Of a stretch of 29,433 bases of DNA, positions 7,871 to 15,470 are shown one piece after another. The stretch is from a virus (lineage: Duplodnaviria; Caudoviricetes). Under the pieces are notes generated by a model, which was given only the letters and a program-made list of their open reading frames with translations, ran no database searches and was not told where the DNA came from. The first letter of the stretch is position 1. Each line of letters starts with the position of its first letter. Location: the IMG/VR virus record IMGVR_UViG_3300037467_002840, positions 1-29,433 of that record. The stretch is one strand, 5' to 3'. The translations under genes were made by a program, and so were the position numbers.

Positions 7871-8313
7871 TACAAACAACTATTTCGGCAACAGGACAGC
7901 CCGCCCTACTTTTAGAGCCAAAAGATTTAAGGATAGGTAATATTTTGCTGTATAAAGGGAAGTATGTTCATATCACAACTCTTTCGCTGGATATTGACGA
8001 TGAGTATGAGGAAACAATCGGCTTTTGCGATTTGGGTAAATTAAGCAATGAAATAACTGATTGGAATAGAAGCCTTATCGCAGATTTACAGCCTACTCCT
8101 TTAACTCCTGAACTACTGGAGAAATGTGGGTTTGAGAAACGAAATAATGTTTACAGCAACGGCAATATGGGGTTTGAGGTTGTTTCATTAAAAAGCGGTG
8201 GAGAAATGTATTTAGTTCCCAATGCTCTTTATTGCATTGATATAAAATACCTACATCAGCTCCAAAACCTCTACTTTACTTTAACCGGAAAGGAATTGGA
8301 TATAACTTTATAG
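7867..8313 (+). CDS. Hypothetical phage protein, paralogue 2
   Basis: DLRIGNIL...LQPTPLTPELLEKCGF...KYLHQLQNLYFTLTGKEL. Confidence 0.8.
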   Translation: MIQTTISATGQPALLLEPKDLRIGNILLYKGKYVHITTLSLDIDDEYEETIGFCDLGKLSNEITDWNRSLIADLQPTPLTPELLEKCGFEKRNNVYSNGNMGFEVVSLKSGGEMYLVPNALYCIDIKYLHQLQNLYFTLTGKELDITL

Positions 8314-8345
8314 TCTATGACAAAACATAAGCTTCCTTTCAAAAC

Positions 8346-8981
8346 TTAAAAATTTAATTGTAGGATATTAAAAGCGTTTTTAAATTCAAACCAAAGGATG
8401 CCTGCTGCATCTGGAGGGATGCTTAAAGTCATTATTAATCCGATTAGAGAACCAACTAAAAGAGACTTCCAATCAAACTTATTAAGGATATCCATTTTAC
8501 TTTCCAATTCATCCAATTTTAGAAGAATAGCATCGATTTGGCTTTTATCAAGTCCAATAGTCAGAATCTTGCTTTTAAAGTTATTTAACTGTTTTATAGA
8601 CTCCTTCTTTTCTTCATCGGTAAAAGGCTCATTTAAGCTTAAGAAGTCATTGTTAAAAAGATTTTGATCCTGGTAAGTTTCCCAGCCAGTAGGAGTATTT
8701 ACTTCCGCTTGTATTCCTTTAAGCCAGGAACGATAGTGTTGCAACACTTCCGCCCAACCTCCAGTCGTATTATAACCTTCAGTATTATCCACCGGAAATA
8801 CGGTTAACCTATACTTGTCCGATACAGTCAGTTTCAATATTGAAAAAGAAAAATAATCTTCTTTAAATTTTATCTTAAACTCGCTATAGCCGGTACTGTT
8901 TGTCTGAAAGTCACTTATCCTTAAGTTATGTTCTGTAACAATATCAGCCAATTGCTTTTTATGTTGGTTCAATATTCTCAT
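8346..8981 (-). CDS. Low-GC moron protein with C-terminal hydrophobic segment
   Basis: ATG 8981 (MRILNQHKK...), 211 aa. C-terminal WKSLLVGSLIGLIMTLSIP. Opposite strand and visibly AT-rich. Confidence 0.75.
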   Translation of the reverse strand: MRILNQHKKQLADIVTEHNLRISDFQTNSTGYSEFKIKFKEDYFSFSILKLTVSDKYRLTVFPVDNTEGYNTTGGWAEVLQHYRSWLKGIQAEVNTPTGWETYQDQNLFNNDFLSLNEPFTDEEKKESIKQLNNFKSKILTIGLDKSQIDAILLKLDELESKMDILNKFDWKSLLVGSLIGLIMTLSIPPDAAGILWFEFKNAFNILQLNF

Positions 8982-9008
8982 AAACGCAAAATACAAATTG
9001 GCTTTATA

Positions 9009-9030
9009 AATACTTAGTTTACTAAATATT
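9009..9030. promoter_or_regulatory. Inverted repeat between divergent transcription units
   Basis: AATACTTAGT-TT-ACTAAATATT (9 of 10 complementary). Confidence 0.4.
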
Positions 9031-9286
9031 TTAGATAGCCCACTGCCGTAACTACAATCTTATAAAATTTTACATTTCCCTCAAAGCGGCCACTACAGTG
9101 GTTTTCAGGTAGCTCTATGCCCACTTATGCACGCCTGTTAATATCCCTGCTTTTTATTTCGTAGTTCCATTTATTAGGTTAGCAGCCAGCCGGATCACTT
9201 TGTTTTTGATTCCTAAATAGAATCCAAACAAGCAACCATGCCTTTTTCACCAGACGTAGGATTTTCCTGCGACAAAACATTTATTG

Positions 9287-9333
9287 AAAGGGATAGCTCT
9301 ACCAATTCACAAGGGTAGGGCTATCCCTTTTTT
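9287..9333 (+). terminator. Strong terminator/attenuator hairpin ahead of the head operon
   Basis: AAAGGGATAGCTCTACC (9287-9303), 10 nt loop, GGTAGGGCTATCCCTTT (9314-9330): 17 bp with one G-U pair, ending in T6. Confidence 0.75.
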
Positions 9334-9342
9334 CATGTCATT

Positions 9343-9585
9343 ATGAATAAAACAGAGATCATTCTATCAGTCGTGTATTTGATCGGGTTTCTCCTTAGCT
9401 ATTCAATGCTGAAGGTGGAACGGGAGTCAGAAGAAAAAGTGTTCACGCGCCTGGATAGAATCATCGGGCTTGGGTTTTCACTGTTTTCATTCTTGGTAGT
9501 GTTGATACTACTGGTCTCTGCATGGTTTAAAATAATTGGAGCATCGGGATATTGGGATAAACCTGTGAAACAAACGAGTAAATGA
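9343..9585 (+). CDS. Small two-transmembrane protein
   Basis: Hydrophobic IILSVVYLIGFLLSYSML and IIGLGFSLFSFLVVLILLVSAWF; ATGA overlap with the portal. Confidence 0.8.
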   Translation: MNKTEIILSVVYLIGFLLSYSMLKVERESEEKVFTRLDRIIGLGFSLFSFLVVLILLVSAWFKIIGASGYWDKPVKQTSK

Positions 9586-10994
9586 GTTTAATAGGAGCCG
9601 TAAGAAAAGCAACGCCAGCACTGACCGGGACAATTGATCCGAGGACATACCGCTCTGGCATGAGTGACTTCTGGCTCTTTGGCGCCGGACCCAATAACTC
9701 TGATGTTCATTTTTCTTTTAGCTCTTTGAACGACAGTATAAAAGCCTATGAGTGCTGTCCCCCGGTTGCAACTATTGTTAACCGAAAGGCAGAAGCCCAC
9801 ATCAACGGGAAGACATGGATATTAAACACCCAGGGAAAGGCTAAACAAAAAGAGGCGACAGGTGAAGTGGCCAGCAGGATCCGCAAGGTAATGACGCAGC
9901 CTAATCCGCTTCAGGACTGGACCCAGTTCGATGCCATGGTAAAGGTGTACGTTCAGCTATTTGGTTATTGCCCGATCCTTAAAATAAGGCCCGTCGGCTT
10001 TGACGGCAGCTACATCACAAGACTGTGGATCATTCCTCCCTTTCTTTTGGATATTGAAGAATCAGACGAGATCTTTTATCGTACTGATAAGCCGATTAAA
10101 AAGATCTCGCTCAATTACCGTGGCAAAACTGCAAACCTGGATCCTGATGATATTTTCTTTATTAAGGATTTTACCGTATCACTTACTTCATTGGTACTTC
10201 CTCAGTCAAGAATAAAGCCTCTTGCCAACCCGATAAATAACATCATAGGGGCATTCATCTCAAGAAAGGTGCTGATCAACCGCCGTGGTGCACTTGGTAT
10301 TTTAAGCAACTCGGGTAGTGATCAAATCGGACAGATTCCACTCGATGATGAAGAAAAGAAACGGGTGCAGAATGAACTCACGAACTATGGCCTTCGCTCT
10401 GATCAGTGGCAGGTGATTGTTACCAATGCCGCTCTTAAATGGCAGCAAATGGGTTATCCGATGAAAGAGCTTGGGCTGTTTGAGGAAGTGAATGAGTCCA
10501 CAATGACCATCTGTGATGGACTGGGATATGTCTACCGGCTTCTTTCCTCTGAGAAGACAAGTTCATTAGGCGGCAGCGATATCAAGGAATTCAAGGCAAT
10601 GCTTTACCAGGATTTCATAGGCCCGGAGGCGACGAAGATCTATGATCAGTACAATGTGATGTTTGAAACTGCCAAGTATTTCCTGCGTATCGAAAAGGAC
10701 TTTTCTGAAATACCGGCACTTCAACAGGATGCGGTAAAACTAGCCACTGCCAGGTTTACACGGAATAAAGCATTCCAGATTGAATTTTTAAGCAATGCAT
10801 GCACAATCAACGAGTGGAGAGTAAAGAATGGGGACGATCCGATAAGTGAAGAATGGGGCAACATGTACTATTTCCAGCTAAAAGAAAAGGGAATTGTGTT
10901 TGGTTCAGCAAGTGGCGGCAATGGAAACTCAAACGGCGACAATCAGGACCAAAGCGATAATAACGACACTAATAATTCTAACAATGGAAGCTAA
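9582..10994 (+). CDS. Portal protein (HK97 family)
   Basis: 470 aa. PNPLQDWTQF...YVQLFGYC, PQSRIKPL, RRGALGILS, LKWQQMG..MKELGLFE, TINEWR..NGDDPI. Located before protease and capsid. Confidence 0.9.
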   Translation: MSLIGAVRKATPALTGTIDPRTYRSGMSDFWLFGAGPNNSDVHFSFSSLNDSIKAYECCPPVATIVNRKAEAHINGKTWILNTQGKAKQKEATGEVASRIRKVMTQPNPLQDWTQFDAMVKVYVQLFGYCPILKIRPVGFDGSYITRLWIIPPFLLDIEESDEIFYRTDKPIKKISLNYRGKTANLDPDDIFFIKDFTVSLTSLVLPQSRIKPLANPINNIIGAFISRKVLINRRGALGILSNSGSDQIGQIPLDDEEKKRVQNELTNYGLRSDQWQVIVTNAALKWQQMGYPMKELGLFEEVNESTMTICDGLGYVYRLLSSEKTSSLGGSDIKEFKAMLYQDFIGPEATKIYDQYNVMFETAKYFLRIEKDFSEIPALQQDAVKLATARFTRNKAFQIEFLSNACTINEWRVKNGDDPISEEWGNMYYFQLKEKGIVFGSASGGNGNSNGDNQDQSDNNDTNNSNNGS

Positions 10995-11175
10995 ATACAT
11001 CATAACGCTCAGAGAGCCGATCAATACAGGATTAGGTGTAACGGCAGTGCTCCGGGTGAAAGACTTCTCCATTGATACGGAGGCGGGCATGGTGGATTAT
11101 CATCTGGAACATGGAGAGGGTGTGCTTCCCTTAAAGAACATAGCCGGGATTTATCCGGTAAAACCAAGCAAATGA
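10984..11175 (+). CDS. Small hypothetical protein (63 aa)
   Basis: ATG 10984 (MEAKYIITLREP...) overlaps the portal stop; preferred over the 10894 start. Confidence 0.65.
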   Translation: MEAKYIITLREPINTGLGVTAVLRVKDFSIDTEAGMVDYHLEHGEGVLPLKNIAGIYPVKPSK

Positions 11176-11312
11176 GCAAGATCATACCAGGACCCACCAT
11201 TCCAGATGAAGGCTACAGACAGAATGTGCCGGATCCGCTGCCCTTTATGCTTTTGGCAATTGTGATAGGCTTTATAGTGGCAGCAGTGCTGATAAAACTA
11301 AAAAATGGTTAA
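11172..11312 (+). CDS. Small single-pass membrane protein (46 aa, not in ORF track)
   Basis: MSKIIPGPTIPDEGYRQNVPDPLPFMLLAIVIGFIVAAVLIKLKNG. ATGA overlap upstream and overlap with the next start. Confidence 0.7.
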   Translation: MSKIIPGPTIPDEGYRQNVPDPLPFMLLAIVIGFIVAAVLIKLKNG

Positions 11313-11706
11313 AGTAAAACGCTATATAAAGATCATTCTGGCCTATACGCTGGGGTATTTGCTGAAGCCCTTGGTGTGGCTGAAAAGGCGCATTATAAAG
11401 GCTTTACTCAGGCTCAGAGCGAAGCTGCAAATCGGTTCTTTAAGAGAAGCGATTGTAGATGCCGATAAGGACAAGGCAAAAACAGGACGAAAAAACATGG
11501 TGGTATTCAACACAACCTCGGGCAAGTACGAGTCTTTGCAAAAGAAGTTGTTGAAAACCGCTTCCAAGGCCGGGAAGAACAAGAGTAATAAGGCTATGAC
11601 GGAAGGACGGATAAAAATGCTCAAGCAGCAGAAAGTAAAACCCCGGATCATGGACAGTGATCGGGTGCATCAAATTGAAAAAAAGTCTTTATACGTCACG
11701 CAATGA
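11305..11706 (+). CDS. Highly basic hypothetical protein with hydrophobic/amphipathic N-terminus
   Basis: 133 aa, Lys/Arg-rich; IILAYTLGYLLKPLVWL; ATGA-coupled to the next gene. Confidence 0.75.
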   Translation: MVKVKRYIKIILAYTLGYLLKPLVWLKRRIIKALLRLRAKLQIGSLREAIVDADKDKAKTGRKNMVVFNTTSGKYESLQKKLLKTASKAGKNKSNKAMTEGRIKMLKQQKVKPRIMDSDRVHQIEKKSLYVTQ

Positions 11707-12245
11707 CCTGTATTGTAGGATATATCGATAGAAAAAGCGACAAGGTAATCATCGGTGCAGACAGTGCCGGGGTTTCGTATTTGGATATCAGAACCCGAAA
11801 AGATGTAAAGGTCTTTAAGGTGGGCGAATTTGTCATAGGCTGTACTTCTTCTTTTAGAATGATTCAGCTTTTACGCTTTGCCTTCAACCCGCCTAAAATT
11901 CATCCTGATACCGATATCTATAAGTACATGTGTACTGAGTTTGTAGATGCGCTACGGAATTGTTTTAAGAACGGAGGCTTTGCAAAAAAGCAGAATGAAG
12001 AAGAAAGCGGCGGGACGTTTTTAGTAGCGCACAAGAACAGGCTTTTTGAAATCGAAGATGATTACCAGGTAGCGGAAACCTATGATGATTTTGGCTCAGT
12101 GGGTTGTGGTGCTAAGTATGCATTAGGCGCCCTGATGGTTATGCCGGATAATACCAAGCCGGAAACAAAAGTAACAAAGGCACTGGAAGTGGCCACTCAC
12201 TTTTCAGCAGGGGTAAGACCGCCCTTTGTTATTGAAACAACTTAA
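11703..12245 (+). CDS. HslV/proteasome beta-subunit-like N-terminal nucleophile (Thr) hydrolase
   Basis: M-TCIVG (Thr1), IGADS, KVF, GSVGCGAKYALGAL, ALEVATHFSAGVRPPF; 180 aa. Confidence 0.8.
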   Translation: MTCIVGYIDRKSDKVIIGADSAGVSYLDIRTRKDVKVFKVGEFVIGCTSSFRMIQLLRFAFNPPKIHPDTDIYKYMCTEFVDALRNCFKNGGFAKKQNEEESGGTFLVAHKNRLFEIEDDYQVAETYDDFGSVGCGAKYALGALMVMPDNTKPETKVTKALEVATHFSAGVRPPFVIETT

Positions 12246-12259
12246 AAAACGTTCGCTGT

Positions 12260-12436
12260 ATGTCACAAACTGATAATTATCCAAACGGTTTTTCTTCCAC
12301 AGGTGTAAGCCCCACGGCTGCACTTGCTGAACTAAGAAAACAAAAGGAAAAGCCAAAGGTTGATAAGGAAGCTTTGGATAAGTCCATTAAAAGCCATGAA
12401 AAAGCCGTGAAAACCGGCCAAATCGTTAGGAAATGA
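12260..12436 (+). CDS. Small basic hypothetical protein (58 aa, not in ORF track)
   Basis: MSQTDNYPNGFSSTGVSPTAALAELRKQKEKPKVDKEALDKSIKSHEKAVKTGQIVRK; ATGA overlap with the protease. Confidence 0.7.
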   Translation: MSQTDNYPNGFSSTGVSPTAALAELRKQKEKPKVDKEALDKSIKSHEKAVKTGQIVRK

Positions 12437-13323
12437 AAAAGAACATCATACCCATACCAGAACTGGCAACCAAAACAGAATTGTTTGCCTACCTAAGAAA
12501 GAACGCTGATAAGATCATCGGGCTTAAAAAGGCATTCCCGACTACCTCAGATGATCTGGATTTTGGGTATTCGATTTCCGAGCCGGTCAAAGCCGCTTCG
12601 GGCAAAAAGGATGATCCTACGGGCACCGAGGAGCAACCTATGATCGTGGAGGGTGAACTGCCGGTAGACATTATTGCTAACGTCAGCGGGTGGTGCGACT
12701 CCCACATGGATGTCATGGTCAAGGACAACTGGAACAAATCCATTAATGATGTGGGGGCAAGTGGACAAAAACTGATCTACCATCTTAAAAACCATGGAAC
12801 TTATTATCAATATACAACAGACGCCATCATTGGTAAGAACCCTTCGCTGTTTACCAAGATGATCGACCTGTCGCAGTTCAATTTCCAAAGCGACATTAAA
12901 AAAGCGCAGGCTCTGATGATGTCGTCCACAGTGTGCAAGGAGTATGATGAAAAGGCCTACTTCCTGTATCGTGATAAGCAAATCAAGCAACACTCCATCG
13001 GTCTTCAATATATCAAGATCTATCTGTGTCTGGATAGCTCTGAAGAAGAAGATGCGATGTACAAAGAGAACTGGGATAAGTACTATCCCCAGGTCATTAA
13101 TAAAGATAAAGTAGACAGCAAGGGTTATTTCTGGGCCGTGACCGAGTCGAGGATCCTGGAAGTATCGGCTGTCTTATTCGGATCCAATGAACTAACTCCC
13201 GTCGATTCTTCGGGCAAGAGCACTCCTTTTCAGCCGTCTTTGGGCACTGAAGAGAAGCCGCAGGAAAGCCACGTGAAAGCAGGGGTAGACCTGGATAAAA
13301 TCACCAAATTTCTCACCACCTAA
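12433..13323 (+). CDS. Prohead maturation protease (HK97-like)
   Basis: DSHMDV, HLKNH, QHSIGLQY, ILEVSAVLFGSNELTP; directly before the capsid gene. Confidence 0.8.
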   Translation: MKKNIIPIPELATKTELFAYLRKNADKIIGLKKAFPTTSDDLDFGYSISEPVKAASGKKDDPTGTEEQPMIVEGELPVDIIANVSGWCDSHMDVMVKDNWNKSINDVGASGQKLIYHLKNHGTYYQYTTDAIIGKNPSLFTKMIDLSQFNFQSDIKKAQALMMSSTVCKEYDEKAYFLYRDKQIKQHSIGLQYIKIYLCLDSSEEEDAMYKENWDKYYPQVINKDKVDSKGYFWAVTESRILEVSAVLFGSNELTPVDSSGKSTPFQPSLGTEEKPQESHVKAGVDLDKITKFLTT

Positions 13324-13332
13324 AAACAAAGC

Positions 13333-14718
13333 ATGAAACGCATTAAACAAAGTAAGTACTTAGTGATGGCGGCGATGTTCCTGGTAACAGCGTTGCTTGC
13401 CATCTTTGGACATGCGCAGGAGGCCCATGGACTTTCCATTGCCGGTGCCGCTGTCGTGACCCTTTCCGATGAAGAAAAGAAAGACCTCTCGGAAACCGAA
13501 CAAAAGTTTTTGCTCGCCTGTAAAAAAATGGTCGCCGAAGTAAAGCAGGAAATCCCGCAGGGCACCATTACCCAGGAGGAAGCCAAAGCCTTGATTGAAC
13601 AGATCAAAAAAGACGTAGACAAATCCCAAGGCGAAGGCGCTACAGAACTCAAAGCCCAAATCAAAGGCCTGGAAGACATCCTAAAAAAGCAGGGTGAGGT
13701 CTTAAACCAAATCCAGTTAAACGGTTCTTCCACCGGCAAAGAAACTATTCTTCAGGTAGTAAAAGACAACGCAGAGCAACTGAAAGCCTCCACCAAAAAA
13801 GGCAAGGAACACGAGTTCGAGATCAAAGCCGATACGCTGCGCTCCTCTGTAGTGGATAATCCAAGTGCCCAGGATTTGACGGATGTGGGGCAACTGGCCA
13901 CCAGAAAGTTAACCGTCTATGATATCTTCCGTAAGGTTCCGGTTTCCAAAGACCGCAACGGCGTGGTCCGTTATGTGGACTGGGATGCTGCTACTATTTC
14001 CAGGGCCGCTGCTGCCATTGCGGAAGGTGGAACCTTCCCCTCTTCAACTGCCAAGTGGGCTACCTATACGCTCTCCTTGGAAAAAGTAGGGGACTCTATC
14101 CCCATGTCGGAAGAGTTCATGTACGATGCTTCCACCTTTGCCGCTGAACTGGAAAACTTCCTGCGCGTCAACGTAGCCATCAAAGTGGATACCGACCTGA
14201 TTGCAGGCGATGGTTCTTCGCCCAACGTCAAGGGTTTACTGGCCCAAATCGATGCCTATACACCGGCCGCTTCCGGCATTACAGACGCTTCCATCTATGA
14301 TCTGATCGTAAAGCTCCGGGAGGCGATTACCAAGAACTACGGTTCGAAGTACAACCCCAATGTAGCGCTGATGAACATTACGGACATCAATAAGATGAAG
14401 CTTAAAAAAGACGCCAATAACAACTACATCCTGCCGCCTTTCTTTGACAAGAACGGCAATATTGTGGATGGCATTACCGTGATTGAGTGTAACTCTTTCA
14501 CTGCCAATACCATGGCGGTGGGTGATAGCCGTTATGGGGCGATCTATGAAGAGCCGGGCATAACCGTTCAGACAGGATTTGCTACGGGTGACTTTGAGAG
14601 TGACATGATGACCATCAAGGCCCGCAGACGGATGAACCTCCTTATCCGTCAGGCCGATAAAACCGGCTGGCTCAAGGTCACTTCGATCTCTGCTGCCTTA
14701 ACTACTCTGGCCACCTAA
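13333..14718 (+). CDS. Major capsid protein (HK97 fold) with N-terminal hydrophobic leader and coiled-coil delta domain
   Basis: AAAIAEGGTFP, EKVGDSIPMSEEFMYD, DLIAGDGSSPNVKGL, LKKDANNNYI, AVGD, DFESDMMTIKARRR. Charged helical region at about residues 45-165. Confidence 0.93.
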   Translation: MKRIKQSKYLVMAAMFLVTALLAIFGHAQEAHGLSIAGAAVVTLSDEEKKDLSETEQKFLLACKKMVAEVKQEIPQGTITQEEAKALIEQIKKDVDKSQGEGATELKAQIKGLEDILKKQGEVLNQIQLNGSSTGKETILQVVKDNAEQLKASTKKGKEHEFEIKADTLRSSVVDNPSAQDLTDVGQLATRKLTVYDIFRKVPVSKDRNGVVRYVDWDAATISRAAAAIAEGGTFPSSTAKWATYTLSLEKVGDSIPMSEEFMYDASTFAAELENFLRVNVAIKVDTDLIAGDGSSPNVKGLLAQIDAYTPAASGITDASIYDLIVKLREAITKNYGSKYNPNVALMNITDINKMKLKKDANNNYILPPFFDKNGNIVDGITVIECNSFTANTMAVGDSRYGAIYEEPGITVQTGFATGDFESDMMTIKARRRMNLLIRQADKTGWLKVTSISAALTTLAT

Positions 14719-14729
14719 TCCGAAAAAGA

Positions 14730-14924
14730 ATGGCAAAAGCTAAACAAAGGGTGGTTGAGTTCACCACCGATTTTGCTAATAAAAAGACAGGCGAGCAATT
14801 CCGTTGCGACGGAATGCTCGCTAATCAACTCGTCGAGGGGGACAAGGTTGCCCGCTACGTGGATGGAGTGGAAAGCCCCACCGCAGTAGTAACTGAGAAA
14901 CCCTCCAAAAAGAAAGGTAAGTAG
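14730..14924 (+). CDS. Small post-capsid protein
   Basis: 64 aa ORF with basic C-terminal tail, in the typical position after an HK97-type capsid gene. Confidence 0.75.
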   Translation: MAKAKQRVVEFTTDFANKKTGEQFRCDGMLANQLVEGDKVARYVDGVESPTAVVTEKPSKKKGK

Positions 14925-14927
14925 TAA

Positions 14928-15470
14928 ATGGCGCTGATCGACACATCGTATTTCTATTGGGATTTGAGTATCGCTCAAATCGCGGATGCGGCTGTAAGCA
15001 ACGCGGTCCAGAAGTTCATTGACCGGCTGGAACCCAAACTGCTCACAGACCTCTTCGGCTATGAGCTGTACAAAAAATACCTGGATGGAATCAGCGCTGG
15101 TACCCAGAAGTATGTAGATATCCGTGATGGAAAAGAATATACCAATCGGGCAGGAAAACTCACCAAATGGAGAGGGCTTAGGGAAGTTACCCTAAAGCAA
15201 AGCCTGATCGCTTGTTATGTCTACTGGCACTACCAGAGAAACGAGGCGACCACCACCACGGGTACGGGTGAAAAAACCCAGAATGCCCAGAACAGTGTTT
15301 CGGCTTCCCCGAGGTGGAAACTTGTCCGGGCCTGGAACCAGATGGTCGAGTGGAACTGCGAGCTGGTAGAGTTCTTACTTTCCATGGAAGCGGATTACCC
15401 GGAGTTTCTGTATCACACTTCGGATAGAGCCTTACAAAACCTGTTAACCCCTGTAAATCCCCTGTTTTGA
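14928..15470 (+). CDS. Putative head-tail adaptor/connector
   Basis: 180 aa helical protein; call rests on position after the capsid gene. Confidence 0.6.
   Translation: MALIDTSYFYWDLSIAQIADAAVSNAVQKFIDRLEPKLLTDLFGYELYKKYLDGISAGTQKYVDIRDGKEYTNRAGKLTKWRGLREVTLKQSLIACYVYWHYQRNEATTTTGTGEKTQNAQNSVSASPRWKLVRAWNQMVEWNCELVEFLLSMEADYPEFLYHTSDRALQNLLTPVNPLF

Noticed and set aside
7795-8300. Similar 3' ends of the two paralogues as a possible DGR template/variable repeat pair
   Set aside because: Differences are mostly synonymous and not adenine-specific, both copies are coding, and no reverse transcriptase is in the window.
9343-9585. Holin call for the 2-TM gene
   Set aside because: Size and topology fit, but no endolysin or spanin is adjacent and it is coupled to the portal; left as an unknown membrane protein.
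10905-10994. Asn/Gly/Asp-rich portal C-terminus
   Set aside because: Disordered low-complexity tails are common on portal proteins.
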